A stretch of 62,191 bases of DNA. Origin: Candidatus Parvarchaeum acidiphilum ARMAN-4 (lineage in GTDB: Archaea > Nanobdellota > Nanobdellia > Parvarchaeales > Parvarchaeaceae). The position numbers and the translations under genes are program-made. Below, piece after piece: positions 30,662 through 38,970 of the stretch. How positions within the stretch are numbered: the first letter of the stretch is position 1; the number at the start of each line of letters is the position of its first letter. The stretch covers positions 1 to 62,191 of the forward strand of contig GG730049.1 of assembly GCA_002412065.1 (NCBI GenBank), written 5' to 3'. The notes beneath the pieces were generated by a model that was given only the letters and a program-made list of their open reading frames with translations, searched no databases and was not told the DNA's origin.

Positions 30662-30682
30662 CCTTCCAGAACAGATGAGCTT

Positions 30683-33310
30683 ATGGTTTCTTTCTTTGGG
30701 GCATACTCTGCAAGACTTGTTGACCCAATCATAAAAGGCGCGGTTCCAATGACATCATTCATGTTTCTTCCAGCATTCTTTGCTATTTTTTCAGCTCTGC
30801 TTCTTTTCCTGATAGCATTGGAATTATTTGGAGATTACTGGGTTGCAAGCATAAGTGCATTTATCTTACCCGCTTATCTTACTATTCTAAGTCGATCTAC
30901 GGCAGGTTTTACGCAAAAGACCTCTTTAGGATTTATGTTTATTTTACTGGCAATTTTCTTCCTTTCTAAATCTCTAAAATCAAAAAGAACCAGAAGTAAA
31001 ATGATTTATGGATTAGCTACTGGATTAGCTACGGGATTAGCAACTGCAGCAAGCGGATACAGTGAGTATCTAATACTTCTAATACCATTAATCTACATAA
31101 TAATTGTTTTGCTTGGATACGCTAAGAAAGGGGATATGCTTGCTTATCTGCTATTTGCAATCTGGATCCCGATAAAAGTAAGTTTCGTTACGTTTACTTT
31201 TTCAGATGTTATACATAGCGCTCTTTATTATCCAATGCTGTTTTCTTATGTCTTAGTACTCTTTAAACTGATAATTTATGACAGATACAGGCATAAACTT
31301 AAAATACCTCTTATAAATAACGGGTTTTCAATTGCTATATACAGTGTAGTTATATCTCTGCTTTTAGTCGCTGTTACTGGCCTGAACACATTGAAACATG
31401 CTATTTCACGAGTTTCATCGGAATTTATCCATCCACTTGGTGTAGGTATTGTAAATCCTGTAACTCAGACAATTGCAGAATATGCTCCTTTAGACTTAAC
31501 ACAAAGAGTTCAAGACTTCAATTTTCTCGTAGGCTCTATTGGGATAAATTTCTTATTGATGTGCGCAGGTGCAGTGTTTCTTCTTTATATTGTACTAAAA
31601 AGGTTTAAACATTGGTATATACCTTTCTTATTTAGTTTACCATTCTTGCTTATGCTAAATGGTGGAACCTTTAGTTATAATGCTACGTCTTATTCATTTC
31701 TGTTTATATTTATAGCTTTAGATTTTATACCTTTAGGTTATCTATTCTTACATAAAAATGGAATAGAATCAAAACGGGTACTGAGCGTTGTCTTGTTCCT
31801 TACTTTGCTGTCTTTAATAATGCTAATTGTTATATGGACAATGAATTCCTCAGCAAATAATTACAAGTATGGAGCCGTAGCTCTTGTAGTTATACTTATA
31901 CTGGAGTTTGCCTTTGATAAGCAACAAGATGCAAACCTTCTTTCTCTGCTTGCAATTGTTCCCTTCTTTTTATTTGTAGTCACAGTTATACTTTCAAATG
32001 TTGAAAGTAGATTATTAGAGCCTACGGAATTAGGAGCGGCGATAATAATACCTTTTGCGATAGTTTATTTCTTTAGAGGATCTATAAACTTAACAAATAG
32101 GTTTCTTAAAAATTCTCCTAAGAACTTAATGATAGTCTCTGCAATTATAATAATAATAGCTATTGCTTTCGTTGCTGCAGACCTTAATTCTAGCCTTTCT
32201 TTGTCTTATCAAACTTCGCAATCAAGCGGGAGCGGGCTTTTGCTTTGGGGGCCTACGCTGCAGTGGATTAGCCAGAATACTCCTGTTAATACCTCCATAA
32301 TTTCATGGTGGGATTACGGTTATTGGGAAGAAGCGATAGCCAATAGAACAGCTGTAGCCGATGGAAGCAATGCATATGGCTATCAGTCAATGATAGCTAA
32401 GTATTTCTTTGAGGCGACTTCTCCTTATGTTTATTCTACTTACCTACATTTTATTCATCAGCCTACTTATGCGGTAATAAGTGGCAGTGAAGTAGAAAAA
32501 TTCTCTGCCATCTCAACAATTGCGTTGGAACCCACCTCTTTTACACCTATGCAAGAAACTAATGTAACTGTAAATAGTCAAAATATAGGGAATAAAAGTT
32601 ACAAATATTTGCTTGAATTTGGGGATGTAAACGGGCAAATAGCTCCTTTATACTCAAATGCAACAATACCAAGCTTACCAGGTAATGCAAATAATGATCT
32701 TTTAGCTGAAATAGTTATCCCGCTTAACGCAAGCACAAATGGCATAATTACGAGTATGGGTAATCCGTATGGTATAATATATAATGAATTAACGGCCCAG
32801 TTTTCTAGCCCATTGCCTTTGGATTATAACTGTGTTTACAGTGTAGGTTGTAACGAGGTCACAAATAATGGTATACCAGGGGGCATGATGCTTTTGAATG
32901 CTACAAATTCAGTTAATCTTCATATAGGAGGAATTTCAAATGCACCGGGAGGATATAAAAATTTACCAATAAATATGTCAGAATTTGGTAATCAGCCCGC
33001 TTTGTTGTATATGCCAAATGAAACATTAAACACTTTGTTTGATAAGCTTTATTTACTTAATGAAAGCGTGCCTGGTTTCAAGCTATTATATACAGATAAT
33101 CTACCAGTAAATTCCTTGCTTAGCATTGAAAATCAAGTGCTTACAACTGTTAATGTTTATCAAATAAATTATACAGAATTAAGCAAATATATGCTTACTA
33201 GTGAATGTTCGATTTCACCTTCAGTTAATAATTACTGTGACAATCTAAGTTATCTTCCAGCAGTATTCTCAAATTACAGTAAACTTATAAATAATACACT
33301 CATTAACTAA
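30683..33310 (+). CDS. aglB: AglB/STT3 oligosaccharyltransferase, main body
   Basis: Polytopic transmembrane region followed by the WWDYGYW catalytic motif (ISWWDYGYWEEAI) and a soluble C-terminal domain. Confidence 0.85.
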   Translation: MVSFFGAYSARLVDPIIKGAVPMTSFMFLPAFFAIFSALLLFLIALELFGDYWVASISAFILPAYLTILSRSTAGFTQKTSLGFMFILLAIFFLSKSLKSKRTRSKMIYGLATGLATGLATAASGYSEYLILLIPLIYIIIVLLGYAKKGDMLAYLLFAIWIPIKVSFVTFTFSDVIHSALYYPMLFSYVLVLFKLIIYDRYRHKLKIPLINNGFSIAIYSVVISLLLVAVTGLNTLKHAISRVSSEFIHPLGVGIVNPVTQTIAEYAPLDLTQRVQDFNFLVGSIGINFLLMCAGAVFLLYIVLKRFKHWYIPFLFSLPFLLMLNGGTFSYNATSYSFLFIFIALDFIPLGYLFLHKNGIESKRVLSVVLFLTLLSLIMLIVIWTMNSSANNYKYGAVALVVILILEFAFDKQQDANLLSLLAIVPFFLFVVTVILSNVESRLLEPTELGAAIIIPFAIVYFFRGSINLTNRFLKNSPKNLMIVSAIIIIIAIAFVAADLNSSLSLSYQTSQSSGSGLLLWGPTLQWISQNTPVNTSIISWWDYGYWEEAIANRTAVADGSNAYGYQSMIAKYFFEATSPYVYSTYLHFIHQPTYAVISGSEVEKFSAISTIALEPTSFTPMQETNVTVNSQNIGNKSYKYLLEFGDVNGQIAPLYSNATIPSLPGNANNDLLAEIVIPLNASTNGIITSMGNPYGIIYNELTAQFSSPLPLDYNCVYSVGCNEVTNNGIPGGMMLLNATNSVNLHIGGISNAPGGYKNLPINMSEFGNQPALLYMPNETLNTLFDKLYLLNESVPGFKLLYTDNLPVNSLLSIENQVLTTVNVYQINYTELSKYMLTSECSISPSVNNYCDNLSYLPAVFSNYSKLINNTLIN

Positions 33311-33312
33311 TT

Positions 33313-33864
33313 ATGAGAGTAATAGTTTCAGGACTTACTGCTTCTGGCAAATCAAGTGTTGCTACTAGTCTTGCTCTTAATTTTGGTATCGAATATTTCT
33401 CAGCAAGTTCTAAATTAAGAGATTTGCTTCCAAAGAAGGATTTTATGGTCTGGGAGTCAAAAAAAGGAATAGATGCTGTAAAATTTAGATTAAATAACCC
33501 CCAATATGATAAAAAACTTGATTCCTTTATCCTTTCCCATTTTAAATCAAAAAATGATGTTATATTGGATAGTTGGGTAGCGCCTTGGAAGATAAAAGAC
33601 AAAGAAACCATAAAAATTTATATAAAAGCAGAAGAAAGTGTTAGGGCTAAAAGAGTAAGTATTCGCGATAAAATAAGGTTAGAAGATGCCTATAAATTTA
33701 TGAAACAAAAAGATACTCTAACAAAAAGTATTTACAAAAAAATATATAAAATAGAAATAGACAAAGATTTTACTCCTTTTAATTTGGTAGTAGATTCCTC
33801 GAATATAGACTTAAATAGTGTTATACAAATTTGTTCAGACTTTATAATGAATCAGCAGAAATAA
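33313..33864 (+). CDS. cmk: Cytidylate kinase, archaeal type
   Basis: P-loop SGLTASGKSS; about 180 aa; located upstream of cbf5 as in many archaea. Confidence 0.55.
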   Translation: MRVIVSGLTASGKSSVATSLALNFGIEYFSASSKLRDLLPKKDFMVWESKKGIDAVKFRLNNPQYDKKLDSFILSHFKSKNDVILDSWVAPWKIKDKETIKIYIKAEESVRAKRVSIRDKIRLEDAYKFMKQKDTLTKSIYKKIYKIEIDKDFTPFNLVVDSSNIDLNSVIQICSDFIMNQQK

Positions 33865-33964
33865 GGTAATCGAGTTTATTTTTATACTCTATTCTTTTTA
33901 GGTGCTATTTTTTTATTATGCCGCTAAAGTAAAGCTTTAATCTTTTGACATACGATTTAATATA

Positions 33965-34975
33965 ATGAAACTGCCTTTGGAGGATTTCAAACATGAAATT
34001 TTTTCCTTAAGAGAGGAAGAAACCGACAGCAGATACGGTAAAGCTCCAAAGGATAGAAGCATATCGGAGAGGATAAACTACGGTTTTATACTACTTGATA
34101 AACCAGCAGGTATAAGGTCTAAAACTGCAGCCTACATAGCCAAGAATATTATGACGGGATTAGGTGCAAAGAAGATGGGTTATTCAGGGACTTTAGAATA
34201 TTGAAGAAATCCCAACGTAACTGGTCTTCTGCCCTTAGCCATAAATAACGCTACTAAGGTTCTCCCAGTGCTTCTTTTTGGAGGAAAGGAATATATAGCT
34301 CTGATGCATCTGCACAGCGAAGTTGATGAGCAATTACTTAGAGATACGTTTGACAAATTCATAGGTAAAATAATGCAATTACCTCCGGTTAGATCGCATG
34401 TTAAGCGGCAGTACAGGCAGAGAGAGATCTATTATTCTGATATTTTAGAAATAAATGGAAGAGATGTTCTTTTTAAAGTCGGAGTAGAATCAGGAACCTA
34501 TATAAGAAAACTTATACATGATATGGGAGAAGAGCTAAAAGTTGGTGCACATATGGTTGAGTTGAGGCGAACAAAGGTTTCAACTTTATCAGAAAAAGAT
34601 AATTTAGTTACACTGCAGGATTTAGACGATGCGGTTTATTTTTATGAAAAAGAAAATGATGATAAGTTATTAAACAAATGTCTTGATAGCATAGAGTCAG
34701 CAGTTGATTTTATACCAAAAGTTTTTATTTCAGATGGTGCAGTTGACCCGGTATGTCGTGGTTCACCTCTTGCTGTTCCAGGTATAGTTAAATTTAATGA
34801 TTTTGGAAAAGAGGAGGTTGTAGGAATAATGACACTAAAAGGTGAATTAATAGCACTTGGAAAGGCCGTAATGTCAGCAGATGAAATAAAGAGCTTTAAG
34901 AAAGGCATAGCAGTTAAAACAGACAGTGTAATAATGAAGATAGATACCTATCCTAAATATGAAAAGATTAATTAA
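33965..34975 (+). CDS. cbf5: tRNA/rRNA pseudouridine synthase Cbf5 (TruB family, PUA domain), interrupted by a 12-nt stop-containing insert
   Basis: LLDKPAGIRS, GYSGTL[insert]PNVTGLLP, GKEYIALMHLH, PPVRSHVKR, ESGTYIRKL and a C-terminal PUA domain. Single continuous frame except TGA at 34202-34204. Confidence 0.9.
34197..34208 (+). other. Candidate bulge-helix-bulge-type mini-intron in cbf5 mRNA (12 nt, AAUAUUGAAGAA)
   Basis: Its removal restores GTLDPNVTG. Flanked by helix GGGA/UCCC, a 3-nt AAA bulge and the 4-bp helix CUUU/GAAG. Confidence 0.55.
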
Positions 34976-34999
34976 AAAGATATACTAATTATTCAATAA

Positions 35000-35073
35000 G
35001 GGGTGGTGATCTAGCTTGGTATGATGCTAGCTTCGGGGGTTAGTTGACCTGGGTTCAAATCCCAGCCACCCCA
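35000..35073 (+). tRNA. tRNA-Pro (anticodon CGG)
   Basis: Acceptor GGGGTGG/CCACCCC; anticodon stem CTAGC/GTTAG with loop TTCGGGG; T-arm CTGGG-TTCAAAT-CCCAG. Confidence 0.85.
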
Positions 35074-35169
35074 TACTTTATTGTGCTTTACATGTTTTAT
35101 CGCTGATCTACTAATTAAATGGTTTTTATATTATTAGTAATAACAAAGAATAAGATAACTATAATATTT

Positions 35170-36330
35170 TTAGGCATTTCTAAGAAGTGATGTAGCAATT
35201 ATTGATATAATTATTGTTGCTAATACTGCTATAGAGTAAGCCGAATTAGTTATAACTCCTATCTCAAATGCAACAGTTGCAATAGCTATTCCTACAGCTC
35301 CTCTACCATTTATTATGGCGCTTATCTTTATTCTCCAAGGTTTTTTCTTTACATTCATTATTTTTTTAGAATAAAAGAAATTTAATAATACTGAGAAGAC
35401 TATAACAGAAACAGATATAATAATTATTGCCGGCATATAAATATAAAGCGAATGGAATGAAGAAACATCAATTCCAGCTATCCCAAAGAAAATTGGTATG
35501 AAAAAACCATCATTCATCCTTTTTATTGTTTTGCTAACTTTTCTAAATAACGTTCTGCCTATTAGCCCCTCATGTATAATCAAACCCGCAAAGAAAACTC
35601 CTATTATGTAGTTTACGCCAATTAACTGAGATACTCCTCCAGTTAGCAAGCCTATAATAATTATCATGGCATAACCAAAATGCTCACTCTTTAATATTTT
35701 TTTAGATTTTGTTAATTGTTTTCTTAGTTTTTCACTTCCCCTATTCAAGATTTTATCCACGTTTAAGAATATCATAAGAAATACTATGAAATATACCACT
35801 AGTAGTATGGCATTCAATGCGCTTTTGTAAGTTATCCCTAAGAGCAAAAATGCGATTACATCAGTTACTACTACCGAGCCTATAATTGTTATCCCCTTCG
35901 GATCTCTTGCTAGTCTATACCTAAGAACCAAAACAGATACTATTGAGATAGAGGGAACAGCGATTGCTAGTGAAACTATAAAATCCTGTCTTAATCCAAA
36001 GTGTAGTAAAAGAACTGAAAGTGTAACAGATAGGATTAAAGGCAAAATAAAACTAGTAATAGACATTTTGAGAGAGGGTTTAAGATATTTTATAACTGAT
36101 TCTGTTTTCATTTCTATTCCCAATAAAAATATTATAAAGAAAAGTGAAAGCGAAGATAATGCCTGTAATTCTAAGTTATTTTGTATTAAATTAAAGACAA
36201 ACGGTCCTACAATTAACCCTGCAATAAGATAACCCACAACTGAAGGAAACTTAAGCTGTTCAAATAGCTCCCCAATGATTATTGAACTAGCCAGTACTAT
36301 CAAAATTTCTATTATTATATTTAATGCCAT
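35170..36330 (-). CDS. Cation:proton antiporter (CPA2/Kef-type Na+/H+ or K+/H+ exchanger)
   Basis: N-terminal IIIGELFEQLKFPSVVGYLIAGLIVGP signature and about 11-12 transmembrane segments. Confidence 0.7.
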   Translation of the reverse strand: MALNIIIEILIVLASSIIIGELFEQLKFPSVVGYLIAGLIVGPFVFNLIQNNLELQALSSLSLFFIIFLLGIEMKTESVIKYLKPSLKMSITSFILPLILSVTLSVLLLHFGLRQDFIVSLAIAVPSISIVSVLVLRYRLARDPKGITIIGSVVVTDVIAFLLLGITYKSALNAILLVVYFIVFLMIFLNVDKILNRGSEKLRKQLTKSKKILKSEHFGYAMIIIIGLLTGGVSQLIGVNYIIGVFFAGLIIHEGLIGRTLFRKVSKTIKRMNDGFFIPIFFGIAGIDVSSFHSLYIYMPAIIIISVSVIVFSVLLNFFYSKKIMNVKKKPWRIKISAIINGRGAVGIAIATVAFEIGVITNSAYSIAVLATIIISIIATSLLRNA

Positions 36331-36426
36331 ATTTTTAAATTGTTTTAAGTGTATAAATCAATTTTTATATTATAAATAGGTTATGAATAGTAAGCGTTTT
36401 ATTATAAGCATATTTTAAACTATGAT

Positions 36427-36509
36427 GCAGAGGTAGCGAAGCGGTCAAACGTGTAAGGCTAAGGACCTTATGGCTTAGGCCTTCGAGGGTTCAAATCCCT
36501 CCCTCTGCA
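36427..36509 (+). tRNA. tRNA-Leu with apparent anticodon AAG (near-identical copy of the 9571..9653 gene)
   Basis: Same cloverleaf as the first tRNA-Leu. It differs only at position 10 (G vs A) and at wobble position 34 (loop CTAAGGA vs CTTAGGA). Confidence 0.8.
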
Positions 36510-36558
36510 ATTGAGATTAAAAAAGTATAAATACTAAGGAGCTTTATAAAATAGAATT

Positions 36559-36852
36559 ATGTCAATAACAGGAAATGGTTTGCACAGGCGTTCAAGGAAG
36601 AGATTGAAGTTAGATATAAAAGAAAGGGGGAAAGTCAACATAAAAAAGGCTTTGCAGTCCTTTGAGGTAGGGGATAAAGTAATTATAGATCCAGATTCAA
36701 GGATTCAAAGAAATCTGCCGCAAAGAAGTTTTTTTGGTTCAGTTGGTAAGATAATAGAAAAGAAAGGGAAAGCATATACGGTAGAGGTAAAGCAGCAGGG
36801 CAAAAGCCTTAAAAGGATAGACCTTTTACCAGTTCATATAAAGAGACTTTAA
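36559..36852 (+). CDS. rpl21e: 50S ribosomal protein L21e
   Basis: 97 aa; FEVGDKVIIDPD...GKIIEKKGKAYTVEV pattern. Starts the L21e-RpoF-DUF655 gene order conserved in archaea. Confidence 0.8.
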   Translation: MSITGNGLHRRSRKRLKLDIKERGKVNIKKALQSFEVGDKVIIDPDSRIQRNLPQRSFFGSVGKIIEKKGKAYTVEVKQQGKSLKRIDLLPVHIKRL

Positions 36853-36853
36853 A

Positions 36854-37177
36854 ATGGAATACGAAATAATAGATGAAAAATTTTTGAGCGAAACGGAAGT
36901 TAAGGAAAAATATCTAGATTTTGTAGATAAAGGTTCAGAAATAGGTAAAAAACTTCTAGATCACGTGCAAAAGAATATAAAAATAGATAACTTTGATAGT
37001 GTATTTGAAGAGATATCTGCACTTAATCTCAACATAAGAGACGATTATACAAGAATGATTATTGATGTATCTCCTACTTCCGCCGATCAATTAAGGGCCA
37101 TTATATCTCCATTAAAATTGAATGTAAAAGAAGAGGATCTAAAGGCCATTCTAACGGTGCTAAAAAAGCATTTATAA
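36854..37177 (+). CDS. rpo4: DNA-directed RNA polymerase subunit Rpo4 (RpoF)
   Basis: About 107 aa acidic helical protein in the conserved position between L21e and DUF655. Confidence 0.55.
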   Translation: MEYEIIDEKFLSETEVKEKYLDFVDKGSEIGKKLLDHVQKNIKIDNFDSVFEEISALNLNIRDDYTRMIIDVSPTSADQLRAIISPLKLNVKEEDLKAILTVLKKHL

Positions 37178-37197
37178 CCTTAAATAATCCTTATACT

Positions 37198-37728
37198 ATG
37201 GGAAAAGATGAATACGCTTATGTTTTAGAATACCTTCCTTTCGGTCTGCAAGACTCTAAGGACAGAAAGGCTACCGCCATAGTTCTAACGGATTCGCTTG
37301 GTTTACTATTAGTAGCACTTAAAAAAGATGTAAAAGTAGATCCAGGCATGAAGGTTTATATTGGGGAAAACAAAAGAGAAGAGGTACACCACATTATACA
37401 AAGAATTACTCCGGATAAATTAAATGGAACTGGCCTTCAAATGCTTACAGATAAAATACATGAGATTGTAGCTGAAAATGAATCAAATTATATTAGCATA
37501 ATAAATAGGCTTGGGCCAATAAACGTAAGACTACACTCATTAGCGCTTATACCCGGTGCAGGTAAAAAAATGGTTCAAAAAATAATGGAAGAACGCAGTA
37601 AAGGGGAATTCAAGTCTTATAAAGATTTTGATGATAGGGTTGGTTTTACTTCAGGTATTGCTAAAAGCATAGAAAATAGAATAAAAGAAGAGCTTGATAA
37701 CACTGATAAGTACAAAATATTCACTTAG
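37198..37728 (+). CDS. DUF655 (COG1491) predicted RNA-binding protein with helix-hairpin-helix
   Basis: YAYVLEYLPFG start, GENKREEV...I and a C-terminal HhH-like region; conserved neighbour of RpoF. Confidence 0.6.
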   Translation: MGKDEYAYVLEYLPFGLQDSKDRKATAIVLTDSLGLLLVALKKDVKVDPGMKVYIGENKREEVHHIIQRITPDKLNGTGLQMLTDKIHEIVAENESNYISIINRLGPINVRLHSLALIPGAGKKMVQKIMEERSKGEFKSYKDFDDRVGFTSGIAKSIENRIKEELDNTDKYKIFT

Positions 37729-37839
37729 GGGTTGTAGTCTAACCAGGCAGAATAGGCGGCTCCAGCTTGTCTGGAAACATGACGTTAAGGATGATTAAGA
37801 AGAAACCGCTTGACCCAGGTTCAAATCCTGGCAACCCCA
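37728..37839 (+). tRNA. tRNA-Trp (anticodon CCA) with a 39-nt intron at the canonical 37/38 position
   Basis: Acceptor GGGGTTG/CAACCCC; anticodon stem GGCGG/CCGCT with loop CTCCAG|intron|A; T-arm CCAGG-TTCAAAT-CCTGG. Confidence 0.85.
37766..37804 (+). other. tRNA-Trp intron (BHB-type)
   Basis: Central helix CUCC (37760-37763) / GAAG (37799-37802) with one C-A mismatch. 3-nt bulges AGC (37764-37766) and AAA (37803-37805). Short inner helix UUG/UAA. Confidence 0.75.
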
Positions 37840-37995
37840 GGTTTTATTACTAAATTAACATCGCTGTTAAGATTAAAACCAGCATTATAATAAGTCTTAA
37901 TAACCTTTCTTGCTGTTCAATGTTTTAAAGATTTAAATATAAGTTCTTTTCTCTAATAAGTTTTTAGCAGTTGCTAGATTCCGTTTAATATTAGG

Positions 37996-38970
37996 ATGGA
38001 AGAAAAACAATTGACTAGCAATATAATGATGATAAGGCCGCATAACTTCGGCTTCAATGAGCAAACGGCAGAAACTAATAAATTCCAGAAAAAAACCAAT
38101 TCTTTGGTTAGTTCTCATGCTCTAAATGAATTTAATAATGCAGTAAAAACTCTTAGAACGAACAATATGAATATATTAATTTTTGATGATTTAATCGATG
38201 TTGATACTCCAGATTCTGTATTCCCTAACAATTGGATATCATTTCATTCAGATGGAACTGTTATAGTTTATCCTATGCTTGCAATGAATAGAAGGAAAGA
38301 AAGAAGACCAGATGTTATACAAAGCCTATCTACAATCTATGGTTTTTATTGCTCTAAGGTAATCGACCTTACTCTTTATGAAAATAAAAATAAATTTCTT
38401 GAAGGTACTGGCAGCTTAGTTCTTGATAGGACAAACAAATTAGCATATGCTTGTTTATCAGAACGTACTAATGAAGAGGTAATAAACAAGTTTTGTAAGG
38501 AGATGGGTTACACTGCTATTAAATTCCACGCTTATGACAGCACTGGTTTTCCTATTTACCATACAAACGTTATGATGGCATTAGGCGAAAAATTCGTGAT
38601 GATCTGTCTTGATTCAATAAAAGATAAAAATGAAAAGGAATGGGTTATAACTTCAATAAAAAAATCCGGCAAAGATATAATACCATTGAGTAATGATCAG
38701 ATACTGAATTTTGCTGGAAATGCTCTAGAAGTTTTGGATAAGGATGGTAATAAAAAGTTAATACTATCCAAGAAGGCATTTAATTCTCTTCTAAAGGAAC
38801 AAAAAGATGAAATAGAGAAATACTGCGAAATAATAAAAATAGATGTTAGTACAATAGAAGAATGTGGAGGAGGGAGTATAAGGTGCATGCTTGCAGAGAT
38901 ATTTCTTCCGCAGAAAAAGGAGCTAACAACAAATGTAAAAACTAGTATAAAGCATTATAAGTTACGGTAA
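37996..38970 (+). CDS. Amidinotransferase-superfamily protein (arginine deiminase-related / CtlX-like)
   Basis: MIRPHNFGFNEQTAETNKFQ start and C-terminal GGGSIRCMLAEIF catalytic-Cys motif. Confidence 0.55.
   Translation: MEEKQLTSNIMMIRPHNFGFNEQTAETNKFQKKTNSLVSSHALNEFNNAVKTLRTNNMNILIFDDLIDVDTPDSVFPNNWISFHSDGTVIVYPMLAMNRRKERRPDVIQSLSTIYGFYCSKVIDLTLYENKNKFLEGTGSLVLDRTNKLAYACLSERTNEEVINKFCKEMGYTAIKFHAYDSTGFPIYHTNVMMALGEKFVMICLDSIKDKNEKEWVITSIKKSGKDIIPLSNDQILNFAGNALEVLDKDGNKKLILSKKAFNSLLKEQKDEIEKYCEIIKIDVSTIEECGGGSIRCMLAEIFLPQKKELTTNVKTSIKHYKLR

Noticed and set aside
30640-30673. A BHB-type intron as the explanation for the in-frame TAA in aglB
   Set aside because: I tried every 4-bp central-helix combination around the stop by hand. 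Candidates either remove a non-multiple of 3 nt, create a new stop (GAG UAA), or lack an outer helix and delete the conserved YLPIG segment.
37766-37804. Box C/D guide RNA inside the tRNA-Trp intron, as seen in Haloferax and other Euryarchaeota
   Set aside because: Only imperfect boxes are present (AUGAUUA, CUGG, AUGACG). The intron is just 39 nt. The 12-nt spacer in a circularised form (AGAAGAACUUGU) is not complementary to the tRNA-Trp exons.
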